Assembly: GCA_051294375.1 (NCBI GenBank)
Contig: CM119264.1
Location: forward strand, 6,841,814 to 6,905,813
Direction: 5' to 3'
Source of the DNA: Paraspadella gotoi
Taxonomy: Eukaryota; Animalia; Chaetognatha
DNA: 64,000 bases
Shown here: positions 39,807-53,076 of the stretch, in pieces
How positions within the stretch are numbered: the stretch's first letter is position 1
Layout: each line of letters opens with the position of its first letter
Notes under the pieces: model-generated
Database searches by the model: none
The model's input: the letters and a program-made list of their open reading frames with translations, nothing else
Told to the model about the DNA's origin: nothing
Made by a program: the position numbers and the translations under genes

Positions 39807-42800
39807 AGAGGAGAAGAGAGCGCGATAGGGGGAAAAAAAAATGAAGTACTTTTTTCGTCCAAAAAATCGTCAATTCGGTCAAATCTCCGAACCGCGCCAC
39901 GCACGGGATTCGATGAGACGCCGGTGCAGACACCGCGGGACCGAGGCGGCGTCGTTACGAGTTCGGCGCCGAGAAAAATCGCGCCGGACTCTGACCGACG
40001 CCTCAACCGTGAATGCCCTTCCGGAGACCGGGAGACATTCCTTGGAAAGTCGGGAGAAAAGGGGGAAGATTGATAGCGTGGGGAAGAAAGGGGGAAAAAG
40101 AAAAGGAGAAGGAAAGGGCTGGAAAGGAAAGGAAAAGGGAAAGGGAAGAAGGAAGAAAAGAAAGAAGGGAAAAGGAGAGGAAAAGGGAAAGAAAAGAAAT
40201 GAAGTGGACAGGGAATCAGAAGGAAAGGAAAAAGAATTGAAAACATAATTTTAAGAAAAAAAAGAAAAGCATTATTCGGTTTTTTTTTTTGATTTTTTTT
40301 TTTCTCGGAACGACGTTAAGAAAAACGGCGGAGTTTGAAAAGTCCGAAAAAGAGAACGAGCAACGTTTCGTATTCATCTTTGCGACTAGAGTTATATTAT
40401 CAAATAAAGATTTTCAAAAGAAATTTAAATTTGCTGTCTATTTTATTAATGTATTTGAATTTAGTGTGAGAATTTCGAAAATTTTCAATTTCGTTTCGTT
40501 CCACTTGCCAATAGTTAATTAGTTATTTTATTTAGTATTATCATTATTATTCGTCTCGTATCGTTGTTCGTTCGTTGCGTTCATTTCAAAGCGACTCTCA
40601 AGCGAAAGAGTCGTCCATCGAAAACCGGTACTTTTTGCAGGCGGAAAATGGGAAGAAAAGGGAAAAAAAAGGTTATGAGCGTTAAAAAAATCGAAGTTGG
40701 AGGCAGAGAAATATGGTGTCGTGCAGCTGTTGTGATGGAGGACAGGGAGGAAGGAAAGAAAAGGAGGAAAGAAATAAGAAAGATTTAAAAGGAGGAAAAA
40801 GAAGTGGAAGAAAGAAAAGAAAGGAGACTAAGTTGGGAGTTAAAGAAAGTAGAAAAATCTAAAAAAGAATTTAAAAGTTAGAAGTGGATGGAATACAATA
40901 TAAAGAAATAACTATTAAGAAGAAAAGGAAGAATGAAGAAGAATAATCCGAGAAACACTTCGGTTTAGAGAGGAAAGAAAAAAGGAAAGGAGACTTTAAG
41001 GAAAGGAAAAGGCAAAGGGATAGGTAAGTGAAAAGGAAAGGAAGAAAAAGGTGTAAGCGGAAGAAAAAAGTTTAAACGGACGGGTCAAAAAAAAAAAAAA
41101 TCCAGAAGGAAAGAAATGATTTTTATTCGCGGAAGCTTGAGAAAAGAGAAGGCGTGAGGGACCCGTCGATGCTTGAGGAGACCAAGAAAGTGTGAAGTGA
41201 AATGGGGGCAAAATGCGGCGTGAGAGGGCGAGTGGTGGCGGAGTGAAAAGAGAAGTGAGCGGCGCGGAAGTGAGGTGGCCAAGTGATTGGCGGAGTGAGT
41301 GGCCGTTTGAGAGCGTGTGGAGAGAGGCGCAGGGACTGGCGAAGTGAGAGCGGCAGTGAGAGAAGAGTAAGTGGGGTAAGTGACTGGCGAAGTGAGAGGC
41401 GGAGTGAGAGGAGGGGAGAATAGGCGGTATTGAGTGGCGGAGTGTAAGGTGGCGGAGTGAGAGGCGGAGTGAGAGGAAGAGCAAGTGGCGGAGTGAGTGG
41501 TGGAGTGAGGAGCCACGTGAGAGCGGCCGAAGGAGGTGAAGGGAGACTGGTTGGAGGAAGAGGGGGAAGAGGCTGAGTGAAAGAAAGTTTCGAAAGGAGG
41601 TGAGGGGTGGGGCGCGAGGGAAAAATACTCTGGAGTGGATCGGGAAGCAGTGACGAGAGTTTCTCAAAAAATGGCGTCGAGATCGGCGCCAAAAATGAGG
41701 GAAGAAAATGGTGGTAGATGCATGATAACGGGATGATAACGGAGAAGGAAGATTCTACTCGCTANNNNNNNNNNNNNNNNNNNNNNNNNCCTTTCCTTTC
41801 CTTACCTATCCCTTTCCTTTTCCTTTCCTTAAAGTGCTCCTTTCTTTTTTTTTCTTTCCTCTCTAAACCGAAGTGGTTCTCGGATTTATTCTTCTTCATT
41901 CTTCCTTTTCTTCTTAATAGTTATTTCTTTATATTGTAATTCCATCCACTTCTAACTTTTAAATTCTTTTTTAGATTTCTACTTCTTTAACTTCCAACTT
42001 AGTTCTCTCTTTCTTTTCTTTCTTTCCCACTCTTTTCCTCCTTTTAAATCTTCTTATTTGTTTCCTCCTTTCTTTCCTTCCTCCCTTTCCTCCATCACAA
42101 CAGTTGACGACACCATATTTCTCTGCCTCCACTCGATTTAACCGCTCATAACTTTTTTTCCCTTTTCTTCCCATTTTCCGCTGCAAAAAGTACCGTTTTC
42201 GATGACACTGCTTTCGCTCTGAGAGTCGCTTTGAAAAGGAACGAACGAACGAACAAACGAACGAACGAATAATAATGATAATACTAAATAATAATAACTA
42301 ATTAACTATTGGAAGTGGAACGAAACGAAATGAAAATTTTGGAAATCTCACAACTTAAATTTCAAATACATAATAAAATAGACAGCAAATTAAAATTTCT
42401 TGAAAATCTTTATGATAATATAACTCTTGTCGCAAAGATGAATATGAAACGTGTGCTCGTTCTCTTTTCGGACTTTCAAACTCCGCCGTTTTTCTAAGTC
42501 GTTTCGAGAAAAAAAAAGAATAAAAAAAAACCGAATAATCTTTTCTTTTCTTAAATTATGTTTCAATTCTTTTCCTTTCCTTCTATTCCCGTCCCTCTTT
42601 CTTTTCTTTCCCTTTTCCTCTCCTTTTCCCTCTTTCTTTTCTTTCCTTTTCTTTCCCTTTCCTTTTTCCTTTCCTTTCCCAGCCCTTTCCTCTCCTTTTC
42701 TTTTTTTCCCCAATCTTCCCCCCTTTTCTCCCGACTTTCCAAGAATGTCCCCGGTCTCCGGAAGGGCATTCAGGTTGAGCGTCGGTCAGGAGTCCGGCGC

Positions 42801-42988
42801 GATTTTCTCGGCGCCGAAACTCGTAACGACGCCGCCTCGGTCCCGCGGTGTCGGCGCCGGCGTCCATCGAATCCCGGGGCGTCGGGATTTTGACGAATGA
42901 CGATTTTTTGGACGAAAAAAGTTACTTCATTTTTTCCCATCTATGCGCTCTCCATCCTCATCTCTCACCTCTCTCTCTCTCTCCTCTT

Positions 42989-43028
<40 letters not shown>

Positions 43029-43107
43029 CTTCTCTCTCTCTCTCTCTCTCTCTTTCGTTCCTGTTCTCAAGCTTCGGCTAGTTTTTCTGTTTTAAGATGA
43101 AGGTTCA
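39647..43107. repeat. Large inverted duplication (arms about 39647-41041 and 41790-43107) around a spacer and a 25-N gap
   Basis: The arms are reverse complements differing by many small indels. The spacer has degenerate GTGGCGGAGTGAGA repeats. Gap at 41765-41789. Confidence 0.85.
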
Positions 43108-43374
43108 TTCACCTTAAAATGCGTAATATATAGATGTATTAGAGAATACATCAAGAATAAATCTAGTCATCCGTTAGTCCATGTTTGAATCCTGCCGTGC
43201 CAACATTTAAAACGCATGGATTTCTAGGGGCGAAACAAGATGAGATTTTATTCTGAGAATAAAGGTGACGGTGAGACACGCGCAGGAGTCTTGATCAATC
43301 ATACTGAAACTAGAACTAGCTAGGTCTATTTATATCTAAGAGAGAGTATCGGCGACGTGGGTAAAATTTACAGT

Positions 43375-43430
43375 TCCAATGATTCTGCAAACTGATTGGT
43401 CCATTCCGGTTCCATGCTTGACCAATCAGG
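43375..43430 (+). promoter_or_regulatory. CCAAT-box cluster, candidate promoter of the 44334 gene
   Basis: ttCCAATga, ctgATTGGtc and gaCCAATcag within about 55 bp. Confidence 0.35.
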
Positions 43431-44020
43431 AATCGGCGATTCCATTTCCGCGGAGATCGCCCGAGTCTCCGATCCGATTTGCTTTTGGATGGAATCGTTT
43501 GAGTGGAAATGAGTTTAATTGGAAAAAAGAAAAAACCTGTTTCTCTAATTGATTATGATTCTTTTCCTTTTATATGAAATGTAAATGCAAGATGTATTAA
43601 TTAATCAAATAATTAATCAGTTAATTAATTAATCAGTCAATCAATCAAGTCAATCGTTATCGGCATTATTCTCATCGTCGTCATTGCTTCTGTCATGGTT
43701 AGTGACAAAAAAAACATTTGGGATCAAATTAATTAATTAATTGCCTAATTATTTAATTAATTAACTTGAATTATTTATGTATTAATTAATTAAAACCGAT
43801 ATAAAATTGCGGAGAATGCATCAAATATTTAAAGTGAATACTAGCCCTTGCCATATATCAAAAGTTTTTTATATCAAAAAACTGGTATTGTGTAAAAGGT
43901 TCCCTTATATCATACAATGCATTTTCTGAATTTAGTCAGGAGCTTCAGCCTTTTTGAATGATTTTGACCTTTTTTTCAAAGTTTGATTTGAATGACCTTC
44001 TCTCTCTCTCTCTCTTCTCT

Positions 44021-44090
<70 letters not shown>

Positions 44091-44333
44091 ATCTCCGCGC
44101 GAATCGAAATACCGCGTTTTCAAACCAGAAATTCCCTAAATTAGGGCGGATTGTGGACGAACAACATCTTTTCTTTCATCACTTTACAAACGCTGAATGT
44201 TTTTTTTCAATTTTTGCATGAAACCAATTAGGACGTTTTTAAAACCATCCGGTGGCTGCATTTTCAGGTAATTCTCGTCTTTTATTGTCAGAATTTTGTA
44301 ATAAAATTAATTCCCCTCGTTTTCGATCAACAG

Positions 44334-44576
44334 ATGGCGCAGAATTCCCGCCTTTTGACGCTGATGGCGCTGATTGTCGTTGTGTCGCTGATCTTTGACG
44401 TCGGCGTCGACGGACAATGGAAAAAATCGCGTGGCGTTATGCAGTCACCGCCGAAACCTCATGGAGTCCGACAACGTTTCCTTACTTTACTTCGCCCGGA
44501 TAGGGAAGCGAGACGGAGGCGCGATCTTGCTCGGCTGGTGCGTCCGCCCCATGGCAGACTGGCGCCTGACGAGTAA
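44334..44576 (+). CDS. Small secreted peptide / neuropeptide-precursor-like protein (80 aa as assembled)
   Basis: The ATG sits directly after a 66-nt GT-AG intron (44268-44333). Signal peptide MAQNSRLLTLMALIVVVSLIFDVGVDG is followed by Q, and basic sites KK and RRRR are present. AATAAA at 44607 and 44646. The ORF is a GC-rich island in AT-rich flanks. Confidence 0.6.
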   Translation: MAQNSRLLTLMALIVVVSLIFDVGVDGQWKKSRGVMQSPPKPHGVRQRFLTLLRPDREARRRRDLARLVRPPHGRLAPDE

Positions 44577-44974
44577 AAATGCCGGGAAATTGACCAGATG
44601 TCGCTGAATAAAAATGATTCAATTTTTTTTCGTGCTTCGAAAAGAAATAAAAATAAAGCAAACAGTTGCGTAAGAATCGAAGAAATTATTAAAAGACATT
44701 AAAAAAATTAAAACGAATGGTAATTGGTATAATAATTATTTCTATATTCCTGATGTGCTCAAAAAAAATTTTGGGCCTTATTAATTGCTATTTTTTGGTG
44801 TTGGTTCATTTATATTCATTGATAAAATATAACAGATGTAAGATAGTTCATTGTCTTTTCTCTCTATATTCTCTTAAGTAGCAATCATTATGAAAAGAGG
44901 ATGTCACAATATTTTTTTGCTGCCTTTGTATATGGAAATGATAAAACTCAGGCCTTTTAAAAAATCTTTGAGTG

Positions 44975-46228
44975 TAACAGTATCAGAAATCGTTGTTTCT
45001 AAGTCATAATATCCTTATAAATTAATAAAACTTTTAAAATATTTTTTTAAGGAACAGATTCAAATTCGCCAAAAAAAATTTAAGAAACTTTTGTAAAATA
45101 TGTTATATGCTATTTTGATGTAAAAGTCGCGAAAAATGAATAAAACATTTTGTCAAGTAATAATTTCTACTACAGAGAGTGAAAAAGTTGAAAATTTAAA
45201 CTTTGTTTTCCATTTTAAATATTTAAAATAATAAGTAAATTCTTTTATTCCACAAATCCGAAAACCCATGACCATGAGATACAAAAAGTATGGATGATTT
45301 TTTGCGATGGTCTTAAGTTAAAACGACTCAGCTTGTAACCACTAACCAGAAGCAACTGAAGGAAAACATTCGGGTTGCATGATCCACCGAGAGGAAATCG
45401 GGGGAAGCGGGGGTGAGATTGGAGTAGTGACGTTTGGGGAGAGGGTGGGCGCGTTGGGAGAATAGGAAGTCCCCGGATGGAGAAGGGTTTGTAGGAGGAG
45501 AAGTGCTGGATGGAAGGGGGGAAGGGTCGGGTTGAGAGAAGAGAAATTGCCGGATGGAAGGGGAGAAGTGCCTGGTTGGGAAAAGTGTTCAAGTTGTGGC
45601 GGGCTGNNNNNNNNNNNNNNNNNNNNNNNNNNNNNNNNNNNNNNNNNNNNNNNNNNNNNNNNNNNNNNNNNNNNNNNNNNNNNNNNNNNNAGAGAGAGAG
45701 AGAGCGTATCATCTTTGCTCCCGTCTTTAGTTCAGAGAAGGGACATTCGAGGCATCGTTTACCGAGGGCGACCTGCTAAAGAAAACAAGGTGGTTCCATC
45801 ATTTAAGGCGATTAACGGGACCTGATGGAAAACAGGGAAATCTTTGTATTTTATATATTTCAATGTATATATTTGATTCATTCTTCTAATTCATTCATTT
45901 TTATTGGCTATCCGTAATCTGGTTTGGTTTGATATTGTATATTGAATTTTGATTTTCGGGAATAAATAAAATTATGTTTAAGAGACATGGGATTGTGAAA
46001 TCTAATTACATGTTACGCCCACTTGTCCGTTTAATCTCATCCTATCTTGTTTTAATGCTTTCGTGCTGCTCCTTCCTCTTTCTGTTTCTTTTGTTTCCTC
46101 TCTGTTTCTTTTTAATCTCTTTTTTCTTAGTATAAATTTAATGTTGCTCCAGTGTTTTCTTTTGCGATTTCCCTAATCCACATTCCATTTACATACATTA
46201 TCATGTTTTGTGAAATCCTGACCCATTT

Positions 46229-46264
<36 letters not shown>

Positions 46265-48147
46265 NNNNNNNNNNNNNNNNNNNNNNNNNGAACACAGTAG
46301 TATTCAAGAAAGAGGAGAGAAATTCGCTTGTTTCTAAAGTCACATAATTATCCTAGTAAAATCTAAAATTAAAACCTTCTAAAATATTTATTTTTTCAAG
46401 GAAACAGATTCAAATTTGTTCGCCAAAAAAAAATTATTTTTCGAGAAATGCAAACTTGTAAAATATGTTCATATGGCTATTTTTGACTGTAAAAGTCAGC
46501 ACGAAAAAAAAAAAAATGAATAAAACATTGTCAAGTAAATAATTTCTACTACAGTAGGGGAGAGGTGAAAAAGATGTAAAATTAAACCTTTGTTTTCCAG
46601 TTTTAATAATAAATAATAAGTAAACTTCTTATCTCCACCAACCCGAAAAACTCCCATGACCATAGATACAAAAAGTATGGATGATTGTTTTAGCTGATGG
46701 TCTTAGAGTTAAAACGAACTCAGCTGTTGTAACCACCTAACGCAGAAGGCAACTGAAGGAAAACATTTCGGGTTGCATGATTCCACAGACGGAAATCAAG
46801 GGGGGCAAGGCGGTGCGGTTGACGATTGGATGGTAGTGACGGATTGGGGAAGAATGGGTGCGCGTTGGGAGAATAGAAGATTCCCGGATGGGAGAAGGTG
46901 GGGAAGTGCCGCGGTTTTGTAGGAGGGTAGTGCCGAATGGAAGGGGAAAGTGACGGGGTTTGTAGGAGGAGAAGTGCTGCTGGATGGAAGGGGCGGAAGG
47001 GTCGGGTTGATAGAGAAGAGAAATTGCGGGATGGAAGGGTAGAGAAGTGGCCTGGTTGCGGAAAAGTGTTCAAGTTTGTGGCGGCTCGTTAGAATATGAA
47101 GTGCCGGATGACAGGGGTGAAGTTCCGGTTGGTGGAAGAAGCGGTGTTCAGGGCGGTACCGGGTCGCGGGAAGAGCAAGCTGCGGCATTGGAATGAAAGG
47201 GGCCGTTGTTCTCTCTGGCAGTGTGTCATGTAGTAGTGCCCAGGTTGGGGAAGAGGTAAGGGAAAGAAAGGCGATTGACCGCTGTACCATTATCAATGGT
47301 TACGTCATTAGTTTGATTGGTGGTCAGGGGGCGAAGAGATTTCTTTCCTCCAGGCTTCGTTGGCGTGTTCAACACCCTGAGCGTTATCACGAATTGAAGG
47401 AAGATAAGGAAGAGAAGGACGCATGACGAAAAAGCGAGGAGATTCGGGAGACGTTGATCGAGAGAAGCATTCGAGAGGAGAGACGGGGAGGTAACTGGAG
47501 GACGATAGAGGATGAGTAGAGCGAAAGACGGAGAGGAAAGAGACGTAGCATCAGCAGAAGACTCTGAGAGAGCGAGAGGAGAGCAGAGAAGATGATGAGA
47601 GAGAAGAGCGTATCATCGTTTGCTCCCGTCTATTTAGTTCAGAGAAGGGACATTCGAGGCATCGCTTTACGAGGGCGACCTGCTAAAGAAACAAGGTGGT
47701 TCCATCCATTTAAGGCGGAATAACGAGACCTGCATGGAACACGGAAAATCTTTGTATTGTTATATATTTCAATGCTATAGATATTTGATTCATTCTTTCT
47801 AATTCATTTCATGTTTTATTTGGCTAATCCGTACATCTGGTTGGTTTGATATTGTATATTGAATTTGATTTTTTCTGCGGTAATATAATAAATCAATTAT
47901 GTTTTAAGAGACATGGATTGGAAATCTAATTACATGTTTTACGCCCACTTGTCCGTTTAATCTCATCCTATTCTTGTATTTAATGCTTTTCGTGTGCTCC
48001 TTCTCTCTTATTCTTGATTCTCCTTTTTTTTCTTTTTAATTCTCTTTTCTCTTAGTAATAATTTAATGTTTGCTCCCAGTGTTTTCTCGATTTCCCTAAT
48101 CCACATTCCATTTACATACATTATCATGTTTTGTGAAATCCTGACCC

Positions 48148-48190
<43 letters not shown>
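44975..48190 (+). repeat. Direct duplication (about 44975-46264 vs 46290-48190) across a 25-N gap
   Basis: The second copy is the same sequence with many single-base insertions. It also supplies about 500 bp where the first copy has an 84-N gap (45607-45690). Confidence 0.85.
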
Positions 48191-48206
<16 letters not shown>

Positions 48207-48813
48207 CTCTCTTCTCTTCTCTCTCTCTCTCTTCTCTCTCTCTCTTCTCTTTTCTCTTCTCTCTCTGCCCTTATCTCTCTCTCTCTCTCCCCCACTTTCC
48301 AAATTGAAAGAAATTTAAATAAGGCGGTTTTAGCGGAAGAAAAATCAAGGGAAGAAAAAAAACTTTTTAGATGTCCAAAAGAAGAAAAAAAGTAGAGAGA
48401 GAAAAGAAGAGAATTAAAATAATGAATATTTTTTTTAATTATTAACTCTTTTTCCTTTTCTTCTGACTTGTCATTAATATGCGAGTCTTATTTAAAAGTT
48501 TTTCTTTCTCATTTTTTAATTTTTTTATTTTTTTGATAAACGAGATTTTGATGTTTTTAACGGAATAATATCATTCGTGGAGTTGGGAACAAAATATTTT
48601 TAATTGGAAAATGTTTTTTTATCATATTAATTGATTGTAAATCAATTATGTATGTGTCGAATCGCAAAAGTCTTTAAAGGTATGTCGCGTCGATGTATTA
48701 GAGAGTTCATGTTTATACCGTAAGAAAAAAATGAAGCGTAAAGCTCATCAAGGTAAAAGCAATGAGAAAAAAAACCCGGCCAAAGAATGGTGGATAACGA
48801 CAGAGAGCGAGAG

Positions 48814-48890
<77 letters not shown>

Positions 48891-50069
48891 AGCGCGAAAG
48901 ACGAAAGACGAAAGGTCGAATAAAAGAGAGAAAAAAAAAGAAATAAATTTGTCGGCGTCTTCTTACCGGATCATGTTCCGACACATAATCCAATTTTGGA
49001 ATCTTTTTTATTTTTCCTGATTCCATCGTCAATCACGAACGAGAATCTCTCCGCCCTTTTCCTCTTCACCCCATCAATTTCCTTCGCTCTTCGCTCCATA
49101 TATTTCCTCTTCGCCCCAGCATTCTGCATCAGTTCATCACTCCAATTCGGTTTTTTGATATTCTCCAGCAGTGATAGAATTTGTTTTCTCTTCTCTTATC
49201 TATTTTCCGATATTATTTACCGATTCTCTCTTTATTTTTCGGGCACCATACCAGAAATGACCCATCAATTACTCCAGTAGTCACCTCCCAATTAATCTTT
49301 TCCCTCTATCGATCGTTTAATCAAAAATCCTTCACTCCATCACCAAGTTTTCCACCATAAGCATCACCATCGCCAACTTCCGCATCATCCTNNNNNNNNN
49401 NCTTAAATCCCTCGAGACGCTTTTTTCAATCACCCATTTCGTCGTTGTCATCCTCGTCTTTGTCGTCGTTGTCATTTTCGTCGACTTCCTTGTCATTTTT
49501 CTTTTTCATCTTCGTCGTCAGAGAAAAATACTTCTTTCGTTTCCCTCTATTCCGCCTCAAATTATTTGTTTTAATTTACATAGTATCCTCATGTATTATA
49601 TATATCTCCTGTACAATCATATCGCATTTTCGATAACCGCTCGGCAGACGGCACTCGGACCCAAAGCATGAAATTTGAAAGAATCTCAATTGAAACTACG
49701 TTGTAAAAATTGTGATCTCATTATGAAAAAAGTATTCTTATCATTCTTATTATTTTTTTACCGTCGACTGTTCAAATCGGTTTGCTACGTACAAAGATAT
49801 AAATATGAAACCGTAAACAATACATACACACGCTAAATAAAAAAAAATAGAAGGGAGTTGTTATTTTTTTTTCTCTCTCTCTCACTGAGCTAATGATCCC
49901 GCGGTCGCCGTTTCTTCGCCTCCTTACCTTTTCCGCCTCATTTGCATTCCGCTTTGTTCCAGTTCTACTTGCAGTCGGCAGAGGAGAGAAGCCAGGTTGT
50001 GCAAAGAGGCGACGGGACGAAAATTCGGAACCAAACAAAATTAGGGACTTTTTTTTTGCCGCAAAGAAA

Positions 50070-50109
<40 letters not shown>

Positions 50110-50718
50110 AAGCGACGCCGGCATTTCCCGATAGCCCAGTTCAATCCCCACTGGGGCAGAAATTCCGGAAAGATGGCGACAGGTCTGAATTCTTTCGAGA
50201 GAAGAAGGAAAAATGATGATGGCGACGACAAAAATGACGAAGAGTGAAAATTCATTGTTGGTTAAAAAGTATTTTCTATAAAATGTGAAGAAAATTGGTC
50301 GTGTAAAGTTTCACTGTCTTTATTGTATCTATCGAAACAACAAGAGACATCAATACAAAAATTAGTCAGATTTCTGATTAGTTATTATAATGATAGTCTT
50401 GATAAACATCATGAGTCATTACTGACACAATGTAGCCCAATACACCAATTAGTGATCAAGGAAATCTTAAGACTTCCCATAGACAGATTAATAACTATCG
50501 ACATCATAATAGTCAGTAATAATCATAGTTATCATCATAGTCACCATAGAAATAATCATAGTTATCATCATAGTCACCATAGCTCCTGAGACTGTCTACC
50601 AGTTACTCAAGGCACCCGAGTCGCCCAAAGCACCGAGAGGCGGCGCCTCTCGTCGAGTCGCGTTCCAAAACCTCATTTGCATAACTCTGGATGATTTCCT
50701 CCTCCAAGAGACGAGAGA

Positions 50719-50776
<58 letters not shown>

Positions 50777-52165
50777 AAGACTTCGTTCTCCTTTAAAATT
50801 TCTTGCGACGAACCAAATTTAAAGGAGAAAAATAAAAAAAATTAAAAAAGAAAAAATCGAAAAAAAAGGAGTAATTGTTTTGACGTCGGCCAAAACAAAA
50901 GGGAAAACAGACAAATCGAGGCCGAGAAGGCAGCGACGAAAACGTCGCCATCTTGCGAGGAAGTTTCGCCTCAATTTTATTAAACTAAAAACAAAACAAA
51001 AGACCTGGGTTAAGGTACACACTAAAATGACTCCGTCAAAACATTTGGCCTTGAAAATAAGAAGAAATGGAAAGAAGGAACGAGTTCAATTTTGTTTTGA
51101 CACATTTTAAAATGAATACGGGAATTATTAACTAGGCATCTTGTTATTAAAATCTTTTAAAAAAAAAAAATCGCTGTTTTTAAGTATGACCACAGAACTG
51201 GCGAAGCCCTCTCCGCCACAAAAGGATAAGCACAACGGTAATAAAGACCCACATACACAGAAATCTTTATACTTTTTTCTTATTTCTGAATGCTGCAATA
51301 AATGTAGCAGTCGAATCTCGAAAACAGATTAGAAAAGGGCGACTTCAAAATTCTGGAAATAAGAATGACGAGGAGCAAAAAAAATCGTCTTTCCATTTGA
51401 ACTGTAAATGTCTTTCCATTCAAACCCAAAAATGAACACAGCTGCAAAGTTTGGGGCGAAATTGGTCGTTATTGGTCATAAGAAGGCAGGATAACATTTT
51501 AGAATAAGCACTAGGGTGTGGGGCATCTTAGCATCAAGTGGGCAACGTCTTTGGACACCTATTCCAGCAATCGATCGGATCCCGGGTTTGGAAGCAGGCT
51601 CAGGCTCTCAATGCGGCTTCCTATCGTTTTCAAACGAAATACTCCATTGACTACGAGGCCATTCTTCACAACGGCGGCCAAGACGACCTCGAGATCCTCA
51701 AGATGTTGCTCTGGTAGAGATCAATCCCGGTACTTACTGAACTGACGAGACTCGAAGAGCCACTAGATCGCGACTAAAGAAGTCCTCCTTCGAAACTAGG
51801 CCACAGTATCGAAAATGGTTAACCGAGGGAAAAAGACAGTTATGAAGAAAATTGAGATAATTGAAAGGGAGTTTACGCGCAATTATTATTTTTTAAATCC
51901 GGAAAAAAAATTAAAACCGGCCTACGCTTGTAACGGTTTCTCTTTTCCTTATTATTGCGGAGTTCGTCCGTTCGGAAGGTCGTTCTCAATTCTCACCAAT
52001 TTCGCCGTCAGGATTTTTTTCTTGACCGACTAAATGGATGGATTAATTTTGTGTTATGGTAATATTTTATGGATAGATAAAAATACTTTCCGTGCCATTT
52101 CTTGTTCCTTTAAGTTTTATAAAACTAAATTTAGTTTACGTTGTTTTTTTATTTCAGTTTTTCGC

Positions 52166-52247
52166 TTACAAAGAATTTATTTTGAAGTTTGTAAACAACG
52201 ATTTTATTGTTCTGTTGTTTTCGAACTTCAAAATAAATTCTTTGTAA
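52166..52247. mobile_element. Minimal fold-back remnant of the pLTR family (no hammerhead)
   Basis: Perfect 24-bp inverted repeat TTACAAAGAATTTATTTTGAAGTT / AACTTCAAAATAAATTCTTTGTAA, with the family motif ACAACGATTTTATT in the loop. Confidence 0.55.
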
Positions 52248-52429
52248 TCTCTAAAAACACATCGAAAGAAAGGATCACACCATAGTTTTTTTGCTAAATA
52301 ATAATCTAAAAAAGTTTACTAACCATTCGATTAAACCTAAGTTACCTTAAGTAATTACGTGTATCATTATCAAGAATTAAAATTCAATATTAAAAATTAA
52401 CAGGGAATTATGAATTAAAAGAGAAAACG

Positions 52430-52620
52430 ATGCGCCTGATTTTCTTGCTGGCGTCGGTCGTTCTGGTCGCAACGTCGATGCCGGCGACGCCGCTGAAAGA
52501 CATTCGTCCTGGTTGCAATAAGTTTAACTTTGAGGGCGAGACGATGAACATGGCGCAGTCCATCAAGGACGGAGCCGAGGCGCTCGGGACCGATGCAAGA
52601 TCGTCAGTTCATGAAATCAG
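52430..52620 (+). CDS. Secreted MANSC/MANEC-domain protein, exon 1
   Basis: Signal peptide MRLIFLLASVVLVATS, then PGCNKFNFEGETMNMAQSIKDGAEAL (compare the MANSC motif S(V/I)xxGAxFL). Phase-2 donor AG|GTCCGC. Confidence 0.75.
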
Positions 52621-52647
52621 GTCCGCAAAATAATACAAGTTACATTC

Positions 52648-52888
52648 AGTTTTAGTTTCAACGTTTTTTTTTTATTGTTTTAAAACAACGTTAAAGTTGA
52701 AACATAAAATAACGGACATGTTTCGGCTCTGATGAGAGCCTTCTTCAGCGCGAAAAATATTGTTTTGTGTGAAAAACTGAAAATAGTTTTTCACAGAATT
52801 TGAAGTTAGAGAGAGAAGCATGTCCGGTTTTTTTTTGTTTCAATTTTATCTTTGTTTTTAAACAATAGAAAGCGTTGTAACTAAAATT
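52648..52888. mobile_element. Fold-back pLTR-derived element within the MANSC gene intron
   Basis: Diverged ~70-bp inverted arms (52648-52720, 52820-52888), both ending at the CATGTCCG cleavage-site motif. Confidence 0.65.
52715..52748 (-). ncRNA. Minimal type I hammerhead ribozyme (intact core)
   Basis: Minus strand gcg-CUGAAGA-A-GGCUCU-cauc-AGAGCC-GAAA-CAUGUC^cgu. 6-bp stem II, GUC cleavage triplet, short stem I (gcg/cgu). Confidence 0.8.
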
Positions 52889-53076
52889 ACCAACAACAAC
52901 GAATCGAAAGAAATTACATTAAGTTAATTTTAATAAAAAAACACTATTTGTGTAAGGAGGATTTTTCTGTTGCTAACAGAAATGTAAAAAAAAAACAGAT
53001 TAAAAAATATTTTATGTGATTTTAATAAAGACGCGAAATAATGATTTGAACGCCTTTTTTATTTAAATTATTCCAG

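Noticed and set aside
43160-43203. tRNA-like 3' half (GTTTGAATCC...CCA)
   Set aside because: Only a degenerate B box; no cloverleaf or A box.
46720-47430. Pro/Ser-rich minus-strand ORFs
   Set aside because: They lie in an insertion-ridden duplicated read segment with a degenerate internal repeat, and frames disagree between the two copies.
52729-52762. Second hammerhead on the + strand overlapping the intronic one (CTGATGA...GAAA)
   Set aside because: Stem II has a mismatch and there is no valid stem III with an NUH cleavage site; probably coincidental.
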